Positions 48,901-61,280 of a DNA stretch of 64,000 nucleotides are shown here, one piece after another. This DNA is from Dicyema japonicum (Eukaryota; Animalia; Dicyemida): contig RDEW01000027.1 in the NCBI GenBank assembly GCA_011109175.1, positions 70,028 through 134,027 of the forward strand, in the 5' to 3' direction. A program made the translations under genes and the position numbers. The notes under the pieces were generated by a model that did no database searches, had not been told where the DNA came from, and was given only the letters and a program-made list of their open reading frames with translations. Numbering within the stretch: the first letter of the stretch is position 1; every line of letters begins with the position of its first letter.

Positions 48901-49299
48901 TCACTCATCTGGTACATTAACTATATATTTTTTTCTGAGTGCTGTAATTGAAGGGACGTGATAATTTAATTCAACAAATTTGGAAAATGGAAAATTTCAG
49001 AATTTTATCAACAATTTTAAAATAGTCATTGGTAATAATGAAAATAACTAAATTTAGTTTAATTACGAAAACAAAAAAGAATAAACTATTAAATTCTATC
49101 GAAATAAAATAAATTTCCGATCGCCTCTTTTTGATAATACGAATATTTTCTTTAAATCTTCTATACCAGTTGTTATCAAGAATTTTGAAATATTATTTAT
49201 GCATTATTTTGTCATATTGATAAGAGCCTTCTTGGACACTCCTACGCAAGACCTGTGATACCATCTTGAACAGGCTGCACAAGCGATCATTTTTTTTCT

Positions 49300-50080
49300 C
49301 ATATTAGTTACGTTGCACTTTTCACATGGATAGGTGTTTTCCTTCCTTTCTTCATTAGTCTTCATTGTTGTGTCTGTATTTTCTTATTTCTTAAATCTTT
49401 TCCAAGTTTAAATCTAAACTCAATATTTTTGTAATGTCTCAAAAGATGTATTTTGAGCTACATTTTTTTAACTTCCATCCACGCTTTTTTAACAAGTACC
49501 ATAATCTGTCGCATATCTATATTTTTCAAAGATTAATTGTTGTATCTTCTTCCAAATCTATTATTAAAAGTATTTTTCTATCTTATGAGAGAAAGTTGTC
49601 GTTAATCTTTGAAAGCCACATTTTGAAAATTTCTCTATTCATCCAGGAATTTTTTGACGCTGCATATTAAATACCGAATTTTTCACAATCAAAATATGAT
49701 TAAGCAAACTTTTCATACAACGAGGTGATTTGTATTTTCCAATAACAAGGGGTCTTAATTTATTTCCTGCTGCATTACAGCAAAGGAGAACTGTTACTCT
49801 TTCTTTACTGAATTTTGTACCATGACATGTTTCTATAGATTCGACATAAGATCTTAAAGGAAATTTTTTAACATACAAAGATGTTTCATCACAGTTAAAA
49901 ATATTTTCATGACCATAAGTTTTCAACAAATTATCGAATTGAAAGAAAAAATTTGCCAAATTACTTTTATCTGCTGAATTTTTTTCACCACAAATGGCTT
50001 TAAAAACCAGATCATGTCTCTTCTTAAATCTGTCTAACCAACCGTTTGAGGCTTGAGAAGATGTTGAATAATTCAATTAT
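49300..50080 (-). mobile_element. pogo/Tigger transposase fragment
   Basis: ASNGWLDRFKKRH...ICGEK...IFNCDETSL...KERVTVLLCCNAAGNKLRPLVIGKYKSPRC. Confidence 0.88.
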
Positions 50081-50164
50081 GTCGAAAATTTTTTCGCGAT
50101 GGCTTTGATTATTATTATTAATAGCACTTTCGAAGAACCAAAAATGTAATTTATTTAATTAAGG

Positions 50165-50720
50165 TACCGCTTGTGCCGTATTTTTCTTCAGGTTATTTTT
50201 TCTTCCACAATTCTCTTGACTAACTTCCTCCATGCTCCGCCGTTACAGGCAGTTATTCCGAGCGTATCCAGATCATCTCCAGTTTTCAGCTTTCGTCCTA
50301 CATTGGTCAGGTCCTTGTGTAGAACCTCTGGCAAAGTTATGCGAGGTTTTCCACGGAACGAGGTATTCACTTCTGGGCAAACAGACGCCATCTTGATTCC
50401 AGGATATCCAGACTCAATGGTCTTGTATTACATACTTTGTATAGATTCTTGTTTGTAATTTTTTTTGGCCAGTTGATGCCAAGTAACAGTCGGAGTTGCT
50501 TACGATGGAAGGCATTTGTCCATTACCGCTTCTGAGACACCCCAGGTTGCAGCGTTGTACATTAGGACTGGTTTCACGAAGGCATTGTATAGTCTCACAC
50601 GTAATTGTGTGCTAATTTGTTTACGATGATTCTAGACTACTCCCATTTTTCTAAAGGCCGCGACGGCCAACATCTTCCTGTTAGTGATATCCTCAGCGTC
50701 TGCGAGCAACGATCCCAATG
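50165..50720 (-). mobile_element. RTE 3' fragment
   Basis: VRLYNAFVKPVLMYNAATW..., RGKPRITLPEVLHKDL...GAWRKLV. Confidence 0.8.
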
Positions 50721-50859
50721 TCGGGGGATGTAGATGAATCATATATTTTATCAATTTTGAGAGTACTCGATCCGTTTGATATTGAAATTCCGGAGATTTC
50801 CGTAGACCCATCGTTAGTTAGCGACTTAAGTTCAGCGGATATGTCAGAATAACGAAGGG

Positions 50860-51280
50860 TTATTCTGATGATGGTAGAAGGCCTCCACTGATGCGGTTCT
50901 GGCGATCTAAGCGGATGCAGTCGAAAACTGGAAAATGAGGAGTAGTCGAGGACTGAGTCAACTTGTTTTCTTGAAGCAGGATCACGTCAATGTTTTGGTT
51001 GTTTGTAAAGGATCGTAATTCGAGAATTTTGCTCTTTATTCCGTTGATGTTAATCTGCAGAATTGAAAGTTGGGGACCTGGGTTGAGCTCGATGGCGCCA
51101 GAGAGTAGTAGAAGGATCCCATTGAGGGTTGATGGGAGAAGAGTTGAAGGAAGCCCCCCGTAGGAACCAACTTCGGATGGGGGTGAGCAAATGGTCCTTT
51201 TCCTAGGCGCACCCTGAGCGCCTCCAGAAACGTTGTGACTGGTAGACCACATGACCCCACGTTTAATTAGTTCCATACAT
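50860..51280 (-). mobile_element. 5' end of a 2A-APE LINE including the junction motif
   Basis: Open frame ...LLLLSGAIELNPGP (51073-51096) QLSILQININGIKSKILELR...LLQENKL. The motif gtcatgtggtctacc...ggaaaaggaccatttgctc lies at about 51180-51260. Confidence 0.85.
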
Positions 51281-51887
51281 CACAAGCAATATTAATTAAA
51301 ATTGAATAATTTTTCTACTTCTTTTAACACGTTTTCCAGACATCACAAGCAATATTAATTAGAATTTAATACAAAAAATATTTAATGATTTAAATAATTG
51401 ATTTTTTGTTGATTTAAATCTAACAACCTTGGTTGAATCTATTTATTGTAGCTCTTTCAACTTGTCTTTGTACCCATGGTGCTCTAGGCCTTCCAGAGGT
51501 ATGCTTTATTTTAAAAAATTCACAGAGCTTTTTCATTTCAGAATTGCGAAACTCCTTTCCCTTATCAGTTTAAGAATAACGGGTTCTACTGTAAACATAT
51601 TTTCAAAGTAGAGATGAGATTTCCAATGCACTCTTATTCTTTGTTAGTTCCACAACAGCAAACTTAGTGAATTAGTCAACGACGACTGAATCCTTCATAT
51701 AAATAATTATTGAATTTTACCCACGAGTTTGGTCGATTTACGTCTGAATATCTTCTGAGATCTATAAGATCTGCCGTTTTTTTGTATAAACTTCCATTAA
51801 TGAAAATGTGTGGATTTTTTATTACACGGTATGAAAGTGGGAGATTTGTTTTAAAATAACATTTATGATTTTTTAATTATGACTATT

Positions 51888-52540
51888 ATTTATTAACCCC
51901 GGATACACCGAGAATTAAGTTAAAGTAAACAACTAATTAAGTGAATCCAGTTTCCACTTTACAGAAACAGAGTCCATCCGGAATCAACATAAAGGGTAAA
52001 AGACTACAAAATTTGCAGTTTTGGAAACCCCTCCAGTGCAGTGGGGAAGAGCAAATGATCCTTTTTCGTGCCGGCCTGGCATTGGGGTCAACCCTCTCTA
52101 TAGTGAACAAAATGTCCATGTAATCAAAAAGTTTCGATAAGTTTGGAACATACTTTGGAATAAGGGAGGTCGACGAACTCTGATGTGGAATATAAATATA
52201 CAGTGTAAAACGTCTTGAGAGTGAGAAAGGAACGTCGATAGAGATTTGTTCCAGAATGGGGTCTCGTTCGCAAAGAGAAGATATAAACGGGGTGACATCG
52301 GTGAACAAAGACCCTCCCTAACAAACGTCAATAATCCTCCACCGAGACTTCTTGTCCGGTCGATTCGGAGTATATTGTAGCCAGGGTAGCGTGGGGTCAC
52401 GGCTGACGTTGAGAATTTAGACTCCTGAATAATGGCAATGTCCACCTTCAAACGGGCCAAGAGGGAACGTAGCTCCAGCACTTTATTACGGATTCCATTG
52501 ACTTTGAGTTGGAGAATGACGAGCGTGGAATCTATATATA
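51888..52540 (-). mobile_element. APE fragment fused to the 3' half of a family A copy
   Basis: LQLKVNGIRNKVLELR...IIQESKF...DRTRSLGGGL at 52200-52540; family A motif and tail at 51888-52105. Confidence 0.8.
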
Positions 52541-52867
52541 TTCGTTTTAGTTTGACCTATCTTTCTTGGTGGTCTTGGAGTTAAATAAATAAATGTGCAG
52601 AAATAAAATAATTTTTTTTTAAAGTTTTTTTTAATTAAGAATAATAAAATATCATTAAAATGACACTCTATTGATATTGACTGGTTTTTTGCTACATTAA
52701 CGATTAACTAAAAATTACACCATTCAACTCAGAAATATCTGAATTATCCAGAGAACTAATTTTTATTTTGATTGGTTCTTGTGGAGTTCCACGTAAGGAT
52801 GATGACACTTTATATTATTAAAAATTATACTAATTTAAATTACAGGATGTTTATGATATCGTATTTT

Positions 52868-53165
52868 GACGTGCCGCCATGTGGTGCTACGTGGCTAATT
52901 GGTCGAAGTTTGTCTGTTACTTCTCTTTTCCTTCCTACGTCATGTGATCCACCTGTCTAGGTGGCGCCCAGTGCCTGGCTGGCACGGAAAAAGATCATTT
53001 GCTCTTCCCCACTCCTCTGGAGGGGTTTCCACAACTCAAGTAATGGACGTATTTTACCTTTTATGATGGTTCCGAGTGGAATCTGTTTCTGTAGCAGTGG
53101 AAACTGAACATACTTAACTAGTTGTTTCTTTAACTTTTTTTCTCGCTGTATCCAAGGTTATTAAA
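52868..53165 (+). mobile_element. SINE-like family A copy (reference orientation)
   Basis: Head hairpin plus ggctaattgg, pyrimidine linker, junction motif, LINE-like tail. Confidence 0.88.
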
Positions 53166-53179
53166 TTACTTATATCACT

Positions 53180-53680
53180 AATTGCTGGGGAGGCAGCACG
53201 AGAATTCCAAAATAAGAAAAAACGACATCCTCTTCACCAGATTTCATGTACAGCAAACCTTAGATTCTGTTCGAGGACACTCCTAACAAAAAAGTTCTTT
53301 AATTCAAATTTATATCCGAACATAACACAATGCTATGATTGGAAAATTTCTTAACTGTGCGGAAGAGTCTGGGTTTGAAAAAATACTTCAAAGTCAAGAC
53401 TAATCCCTAATGGGTCCCGCAAGGTTCCCCTCTGTCTTTTCTTCTATTTAACTTATTTCTATTATCAAAGATCAGGACAATATGCTTTTATCTTACGAGA
53501 ACGACCTGATTATCGCTGAAATGGACAAATCTCCTTCCAGCGCTGTGGCGGTGGTTCAGTCACACCTAAACCACGTGTGTGACTGGTTATTTATGAATTT
53601 GCTGTCTGTATCTGCATCCAAGTCTCAGTTCACCCTATTTACTACGGACAGGAGATGTAAATGTGGACTTGAGATATTTT
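53180..53680 (+). mobile_element. I-group LINE RT fragment
   Basis: VPQGSPL...LLSYENDL...HLNHVCDWL...LSVSASKSQFTLFT. Confidence 0.75.
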
Positions 53681-54099
53681 ACTATTTATTTATTCGGCTA
53701 AAACTTCTTAGTATATGCAAGGAGCTAGGAAGCCCATTCAGAGAAAGGGCGGGCATTCAGATCGGCAATAAAAAAGTTCACTTCGATAGAATTCCTCTGC
53801 AGACACAAAATAAGATACTTCAGGAATGCAGTTGATCGCTGAAATTCAAGAGAATTCTAGAGATTTTGGAGGTTTGGGTCACTTAATTTGTGAGTTAATG
53901 CTTTCTTTCATAGTGGTTCTGTGCTATTAAAAATTTAGTGTTTGTTACAATTTGAGTAAGTATAAGCAATTGCCAGATTTCCGATGAATAAATTGATCGA
54001 TCAAGGATCGTTCCTTAGTAACCTGACACATCTTAGTCGATGAGGGAGCATCGATTTTGTAGACAATCAGTATGTAATGAAAGTAAGGGACTTATGGAG

Positions 54100-54400
54100 T
54101 CAGTCCCTTCAAGTGAAGGAACCTGGTAGTTAACATAAACGTAACTATGGAGTTTCCCAGAGATCTAAAAGGTTGACTCCGTGCGAGGAAGACACAGATG
54201 GCGGGTTTGGAAACGAGAAAGTGTTATGTCCCGTCGTCATTAAGTGTACATGAAGGGCAGATTGGCAACTTTGCGCGCCCGGTTTTATACTGGTAGGCGT
54301 TGAGCCACATGTGGTGACCGCAGCATAGGAGCGCCATGTTTACCAGAATATTACGTGGAAAATAAGATTCACTCACATCTATTAAGAGAAAAACATTGTT
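54100..54400 (-). mobile_element. LINE C-terminal zinc-knuckle fragment
   Basis: CGHHMWLNAYQYKTGRAKLPICPSC...DGT*HFL. Confidence 0.6.
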
Positions 54401-55817
54401 ATCTTAGCGGTTATTGGTCGGCATGTTGAGGTGATGACACGCCTCTAATCCACGAAATGTCTACTAAGCTTCATGATGGATGAAAGGCCTTATCTTCCTT
54501 GTCGTTAAATTGGACGGTGACAGACTCAGGAGTCATTGAAAACTTGAACTTCTGAACAAAAAAGTGTCAGATGCAAGTAAGATCAGAATTCAAATGAACT
54601 AGAGGATCATCTCTAGTATGATTATATGTATGATGATAATAATGAGATGACATTGTGATAAAGACTTCTCTCAGTAGCTTCCACTCTAACTTCCACGCCC
54701 TTTCGATATTTTCGTGTCGCTGGAAGATGCACATGGGTATCAAGTAATGTGTATTAAATTAAGAATTATCTAAGAAATAGTGGCCTTAAATATTGAAATA
54801 ATAACTCGTTTGTATTATGGTGTTGCGGTTATAATGCGAAATATCGACATTATTACATCTGTTATATATTTATGAGCGAAAATACCTTCATGAAATACAC
54901 ATATGGAAATATTAGTTACATTGACATTGGAAAATGCGTCAGTTATAGTAACAACCACATTGATTACTTAAAAAGTTATTTCAACCCTTAAGAAAAACTT
55001 AAAGAGAAGGTAATAGGCACCGATTCTTATTGCTCTTACCATTTTCATTTTGTGTTCAAAGGATCCACCGCTGACCCAAGCGTCTTCGCTTGTACCCACA
55101 TAGGAAGTCGATGGGGGAGGATCGACCTTTTCCATCGCTTAATGGATAAATATAGTAAATTACTGATTCTTAACTGAACCGGATGTCTTCGAACACAAAA
55201 CTCACTTACAAATTTGACGAATCTATCAGAAATTAAAGCTAAATGTTAAGTAACCGTGAACTATCTTCTCTAAACTCTTAGTAATTAATAGAATTAAGGT
55301 GACGTATAGCAGTACTTTTAATGATTGAAGCAACATTTTAGGCGAAGCTTGAAATCAAAACAAATTTATTTCACAAAGCCACACCTATAAAAAATAAACC
55401 GCATTACACTTTACTAATTTTTTTAATCTGTCCACAAAAAAAGCCTAAAGATAACTGGTAGAAGGATTCCATTCTGGTATATGCCTTTTTCAAATTCCTA
55501 AGAGGCTTCATACAATCTACCTGTCCTAAGATATCCCCAGTTCCTGTAAGTCATACAAAAGATCTCGCTCTTCTTACCTCACTAGAAGAATTGGTTCCCA
55601 CAATGGCGGATATGAATGGACGCGATGCTCGGAAAAAATACGTCTCATTCTGACCAAGAGAACTGGAACCACTCAGTTGAGGACTCTAACCCTGTGATTC
55701 TGGGGAATAAACAATAATAAAACAAGCGAATCTTCCAATTTCATCAAAACCAGCAGAACAAAGGGAAAATATTTTTATTAATCAAAAATACTATATAGTA
55801 AAATTTAAGAGATGATT

Positions 55818-56526
55818 CTAAGAAAATCGGCCCAACACATTCCTGACGTCAGTGGTGAATCTGAGGGCGTCCAAAAAGGGGAGAAAGTGTAGAAGTTCAG
55901 TGTCATCAGCGTCCCCAACCCAGGACTGAATGCAAATTGAATTTTGGGGGTAGAACTTGTTGATAATCCTCGAGTTGTCAATTATCAAGGTAGACGCCAA
56001 ATCAGTGCTCACAATCCGGATGTCTTTCAGCACCTGCTTACCCACATACGTACAATGCTAAAGGTTTTAAAGGAAACTACTTTTCTGTGGTAGATGCAGC
56101 AGAAGACGTCGTCATCCCCTTCCAGAAAGTCCACCACTTGCTGGGCGTATCTTTCATCGCCTGAGGTGAAGACGAAAACGTTGTACCACTGACTCACATA
56201 AGTCAGAAACTCGTCAACGTGGGGTCTTTTGAGAATATAAAAATTTGGAGAAGGTGGAGGGATTATCTGACCGGTGGGGGAAGTGAAAACAGTATGAATG
56301 AGAGTTTCGTCCAAATCGAGGACAAGGTTTTTTCGTTTTACCCCATCTATTTAATAAATTCGAATTCATTAGCATACTTAGGATGTTTTCGGAACGAAGA
56401 CTTAAGGGAGCCTCGTAGAAACTAACCGGCTGACAAAAATTAGCTCATAAGTACCTTAATTACCTTCAGGACCTGGGAAATGACCACAACAAATAAATAA
56501 ATAAAATTTTGTATTTGAGACATCAT
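55818..56526 (-). CDS. CTDNEP1: CTD nuclear envelope phosphatase 1 (Dullard) (4 exons)
   Basis: Hydrophobic N-terminus, VKRKNLVLDLDETLIH, KRPHVDEFL..VSQWY, YHRKHC, IIDNS and LPFLDALRFTTDVRNVL. Introns 56430-56454, 56347-56377, 56058-56080. Confidence 0.92.
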
Positions 56527-57950
56527 ACAATAACAACTTAACAATACTTTTAGATAAAACAAATATTTTTATTCAAATTTAATGATTTTTTAATAAAATA
56601 AATATTAATGAATTAATAATTAAAAAAATTGTAATCATATATCAGACCACTATTATATCTCACCATGTCTAACGATGTCACTATTGTTGTCATTGGTTCA
56701 TGTGGCCTTATATCAATTCATTATGTAGAAATAGGTCGAGCAACAGAATCATTATGATTCTTAAATTTTGACATTCTCCCCCACCCCCCTTTGACTGGCC
56801 AACCGTGAGAACTCGAAAAATAAATTTAATCTATCCTCAGTTGGAAAGTGAAGTCATATCGAAAGATGGGGAGATTCAGATTTTGGGGGATAAATTCATT
56901 TTGGATTGATTCGTACTAATTAATGAGACCACGTGGCTAATTTTAATTGGCATATATTCTCTAATGATGTTATTACTAGGCTTATTGATGTAAATTGAAA
57001 TAATCAAAGCCATCCAATTCGGCCATTTCATGTCAAAGCTGAAACTGCTACTAGCAATCAATAGACAATTAAACATTTAGTTTAGGGAGCTTAAATGATA
57101 ATCCTGTTTCATATGACAATAGCTATCAAGATACGCTTTTGGAAGCCATCCAGTCTCATGTGGATCCCCGGTGACCCTTTGGATCATTGAACAGATTCGA
57201 CGGACTAGATCGTCCGCTTGCGGGCTATTAGCAATTAAATATTTATTTTATTATTCAAGCGAGCAATAAAGGACCCAAATCGCTTTCCCTTATTTGATCG
57301 TTGATAACAATAAGGAGAAATGACCGTAGAGAGGAAACTGCCCAATTAAACATACTTCCATACAAATCGTAAGGGGAATTCGCTCTGAATCATAAGAGCG
57401 TATACTAATCTATGCCACTTAATTTAAAAATCATTAACTGATAATGACTTGTGGGGTTTATAGACAATCAGTTTGAAAGAGAGAAAAGAACTTATAAACA
57501 CTCTCTGCTGAAAGTTGATCTCCTACATGTTAGTAAAGTCGATGTAATTAACTAATAAGAGTTAAATTCGAAAAAACCCTACTGTTATATCTCTGGCTCA
57601 AAAATTGAATTTTGATAATTTAGATTTTGAGAATCAATAATAATCGCAGAACTTTCTTAGTCATGAACGTAACGGATCTGTCTTTAAAGAATGGTACACC
57701 TTAATTAAGTGCTTAAGAATTTCACTCAAGCAAATAATTGATTGATTATACAGTTGATCTTTTTGGATGGAAATTAGATTTGTTTTCATCCAGTTAACTT
57801 GTGAATTGAGAAAAAAAGGAAATTTTCATTTTAAGGCAAACTCAATTAAGTTCTCCAAATTTGGGCTAAACTAGATTGAACCGAGACATTGATACACATG
57901 ATTCTTCCTCACTCAAAAACTTGGGCTTCCCGATGTTCACAAGTACATTA

Positions 57951-58015
57951 NNNNNNNNNNNNNNNNNNNNNNNNNNNNNNNNNNNNNNNNNNNNNNNNNN
58001 NNNNNNNNNNNNNNN
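57951..58015. other. Assembly gap (65 N) flanked by an identical 355-bp duplication
   Basis: 57596-57950 equals 58016-58370 as far as can be read. Confidence 0.95.
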
Positions 58016-59111
58016 GCTCAAAAATTGAATTTTGATAATTTAGATTTTGAGAATCAATAATAATCGCAGAACTTTCTTAGTCATGAACGTAACGGATCTG
58101 TCTTTAAAGAATGGTACACCTTAATTAAGTGCTTAAGAATTTCACTCAAGCAAATAATTGATTGATTATACAGTTGATCTTTTTGGATGGAAATTAGATT
58201 TGTTTTCATCCAGTTAACTTGTGAATTGAGAAAAAAAGGAAATTTTCATTTTAAGGCAAACTCAATTAAGTTCTCCAAATTTGGGCTAAACTAGATTGAA
58301 CCGAGACATTGATACACATGATTCTTCCTCACTCAAAAACTTGGGCTTCCCGATGTTCACAAGTACATTAGAAGCGAAGAACTCGTTATCAACTAAACCT
58401 TCCGACAAATTAAACACAAAGATAACTACGTCATTAGTCGACTCATCGGACTCAAAAGATAATATTTCTTTTCATGTTGAACCTTCATTAGAAAATCAAG
58501 TCATCTCAGAGATTACTCTAAAGGCCCAAAGATAGAGATCATGCTTTGACAACATCATTCGATGGTAGTCTCAAATGAAAACTTTGACGCATTATTAAAC
58601 GTTAATCTTTCCAACCTCGACAGTCTGCGAATGCTCTAGTAATGTCCACCTCTATTATACTTATTACTGCTGATAACTTAAATAAGGGACAATGAAATAA
58701 ATACTACCAGAAGAAAAGAAGACTCACAAGAATAGTTTAAAATTGAATAAATTTATATAAAAATTGATTTTTGTATTAATTTAACAGTTAATTATATTAA
58801 CATAACCCACTTAATGACTAATCAATTGAATTTGAGTAGTCTTCCTCGATATCCAATAACCTTTTATCATTGTTTCCATGTCATTGACTAGACCAGAGTT
58901 AAAAAAACAATACAAGACACTTTAATAATAATTATTAAACAATCATTCCCAAGATCGCACTGAAATTAAATTAAATAAAAATATCCAATACACCCTCACA
59001 AATTCTAAATATTAAACTATAATTTATTTTTAAATTTGTAAAATAAATTTATATTTTTTAAATATTTTTTATGCATTCGTTATGTTTGTCTGGTGTAACT
59101 AAATTTTTTAA

Positions 59112-60241
59112 ATGAAAGATATTAATGAAAATGAATCAAACGACAATTTGAGAAACCACTCTCAACCAATGATTAGAAATACAGAATTTTATAACTCAAT
59201 AAGGGACATTATCGTCAATAAACTACAAAGTGGAGATCAGAAAAGTCTTCTAGAATACGAATCTGTGCTAATACAATTTTTGAAGTCCAATGAGTATTTT
59301 CCTAATTTTTAAATCCACAGGCGACAATTGTCTCGTTTGTTCGACTCGCGAAGAGAATGTGAGCTGTTTGAGCTCGTTACTGACTTTTTTGTTGTAAAAT
59401 TTACTAAAGAAAACGAAGATTTGCCTTACCGCGTCCATATCTTCAAACAGGGTGATTCAAAGATGTATTTTTCTGCTTAACTCGCTTAGTCCTGAATTTA
59501 AATTCTCAGATGCTATCAAACCTGTCCCAAAATTTCAGGTTCTCCGCAGAGAGCATACATGTGACAAAAGTACAGACTCCCAGGCTGATATTCCTACGTT
59601 TTCCCCTGAGGATGAAATTGAAAAATTAAAAGAAAAGGAAGAAAACTACAATAAAGCGCGTGCACTTATATTTGGTGACTTTGATGAGGAATCTGCTAAG
59701 GAACCCGAATCCGTTATAGGTAGGATCTACTTTTTAGTTGTTAGACAGTTTTTCGTATAAAAAGTCCTCTGAAATTCCGGTCACATCAACAGTTGTGGAT
59801 TCGGGTGATGGATGTCCTGCTCATAACTACTACAATGATGCATCTGCTTTTGTGAGGACAAAGCGACCTCAAATGACTCAGTATATTCCCCCAGATCAGG
59901 GTTATTACCAACATCACCCCTACTATCCTCCAAGAATGTCTCCAAGTCCCCCGATTTATGGTCAAGAATACATATTTGATCCGTCAATGCAGTATAGATT
60001 CTTTTCTCCCATGTATGGGGCGACTTATCAACAGCCGTACCCTATTCCTAATATGATGTATCGACCAGATTATTATTCCGGATTTATTCCCACTAGCCCA
60101 GGGTTCCCATACTTTTATTCCCCTGGACAGAATTACGAACAAAATATGAACCCTGATTGGCAGATGAATCAGTTTACTATGCCTGACAATCATTCCCATA
60201 AAAGTGATGTTAAAAAACCTTATGAGTCTAATAAATTTTGA
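59112..60241 (+). CDS. R3H-like plus SUZ domain RNA-binding protein (R3HDM/ARPP21/encore family), with Q/P/Y-rich tail
   Basis: DQKSLLEYESVLIQFL...SKIPEFKFSD...FQVLRR...EKEENYNKARALIFG. Introns 59294-59320, 59465-59489, 59720-59744. Confidence 0.82.
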
Positions 60242-61280
60242 TTTTATTTTTCTAATTTTTTATTTTAGTTTTTTTTGTGGTTACGTAGTCATAGCCTTTT
60301 TGATGTGGTTGTTCCACGCTGTATTTTATCACTGTATGGCTCTTGATACTGTTATCCTCCTTTCTTAATTTGATAGCTTTTTTATATTAAGGATTGTGGA
60401 TACTAATGCATTGGGAACTAGGAACGTAAATAAAACACCCACTATTGGTGTTACAGTTAATTACGATTTTGTTGACTTAACAATCATATTACCCATTATA
60501 GATCCAGTCTTTATAGATGATCCTTCAAGTTCTTTCAACTTTAAGGTGGATAAACTTCGAATCTGGATCCTACGTGTATCCGACTCTTCTTTTGCTCAGA
60601 ACTTTGAGTCTTTGATTGTTATTGAGTCCGTCTCCTGTTCATCGTGAAGGTAAGCAGACTTTTCATGCTTTAATCAATTCATAATTCCTAAATTTAGCAT
60701 TATCAATTTGATGTTCGATAGCTGACTGTGACATGGGAGTTGTGCTGGCAGTTCAAAATTGCATTTAATATGAAAAAAGATGGAAAAAGAACACATTCAC
60801 GCGCAATTTTGTTATCGTCAAAATTCAGTATTTTCTCTATTTCTATACACATTGTTCCAATTCTTCAAGAAATTTCAAAAGTGATTTGCGAATTTATGTT
60901 ATAAATGGACATCTCCGAGAAAATTCCCACTGTCTCTTGGCAGCGATGCATGAATTGTTTCTGTCTCCGAATGAAGCTTTTGTTATATTTATTTATTGCC
61001 CCAAGATTACCGTTTTAAACGAAAGAAAATCCTCAGCTAAGTGATCCCAGTTACAACAGTATGTGAGACGCATCTTTCCAAGCAGCATGTCCTTCCATAT
61101 CCGTTATTATGGAAACCCTTTAATGGTGCAAAAAAAAGTGAGATTTTTTTGTATACCGGCCTGGTCTAAATTAATCTCAAAAGTTCAAATTTGCGGTGAT
61201 GACTCTTACAATTAAATTGTGGCTTTCAGCGAACGTTTGCCATTAAATTATAATAAAAGATTAATATTAAACACATTTCA

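Noticed and set aside
57596-58370. Perfect 355-bp direct repeat around the N gap
   Set aside because: Identical copies abutting a gap are the usual signature of overlapping contig ends, so this is not treated as biological.
58296-58535. Ser/Thr/Lys-rich ORF as an exon
   Set aside because: Plausibly coding, but it overlaps the gap duplication and strand and frame could not be fixed.
60396-60647. 83-aa ORF as a gene
   Set aside because: No recognisable domain or consistent splice model on either strand.
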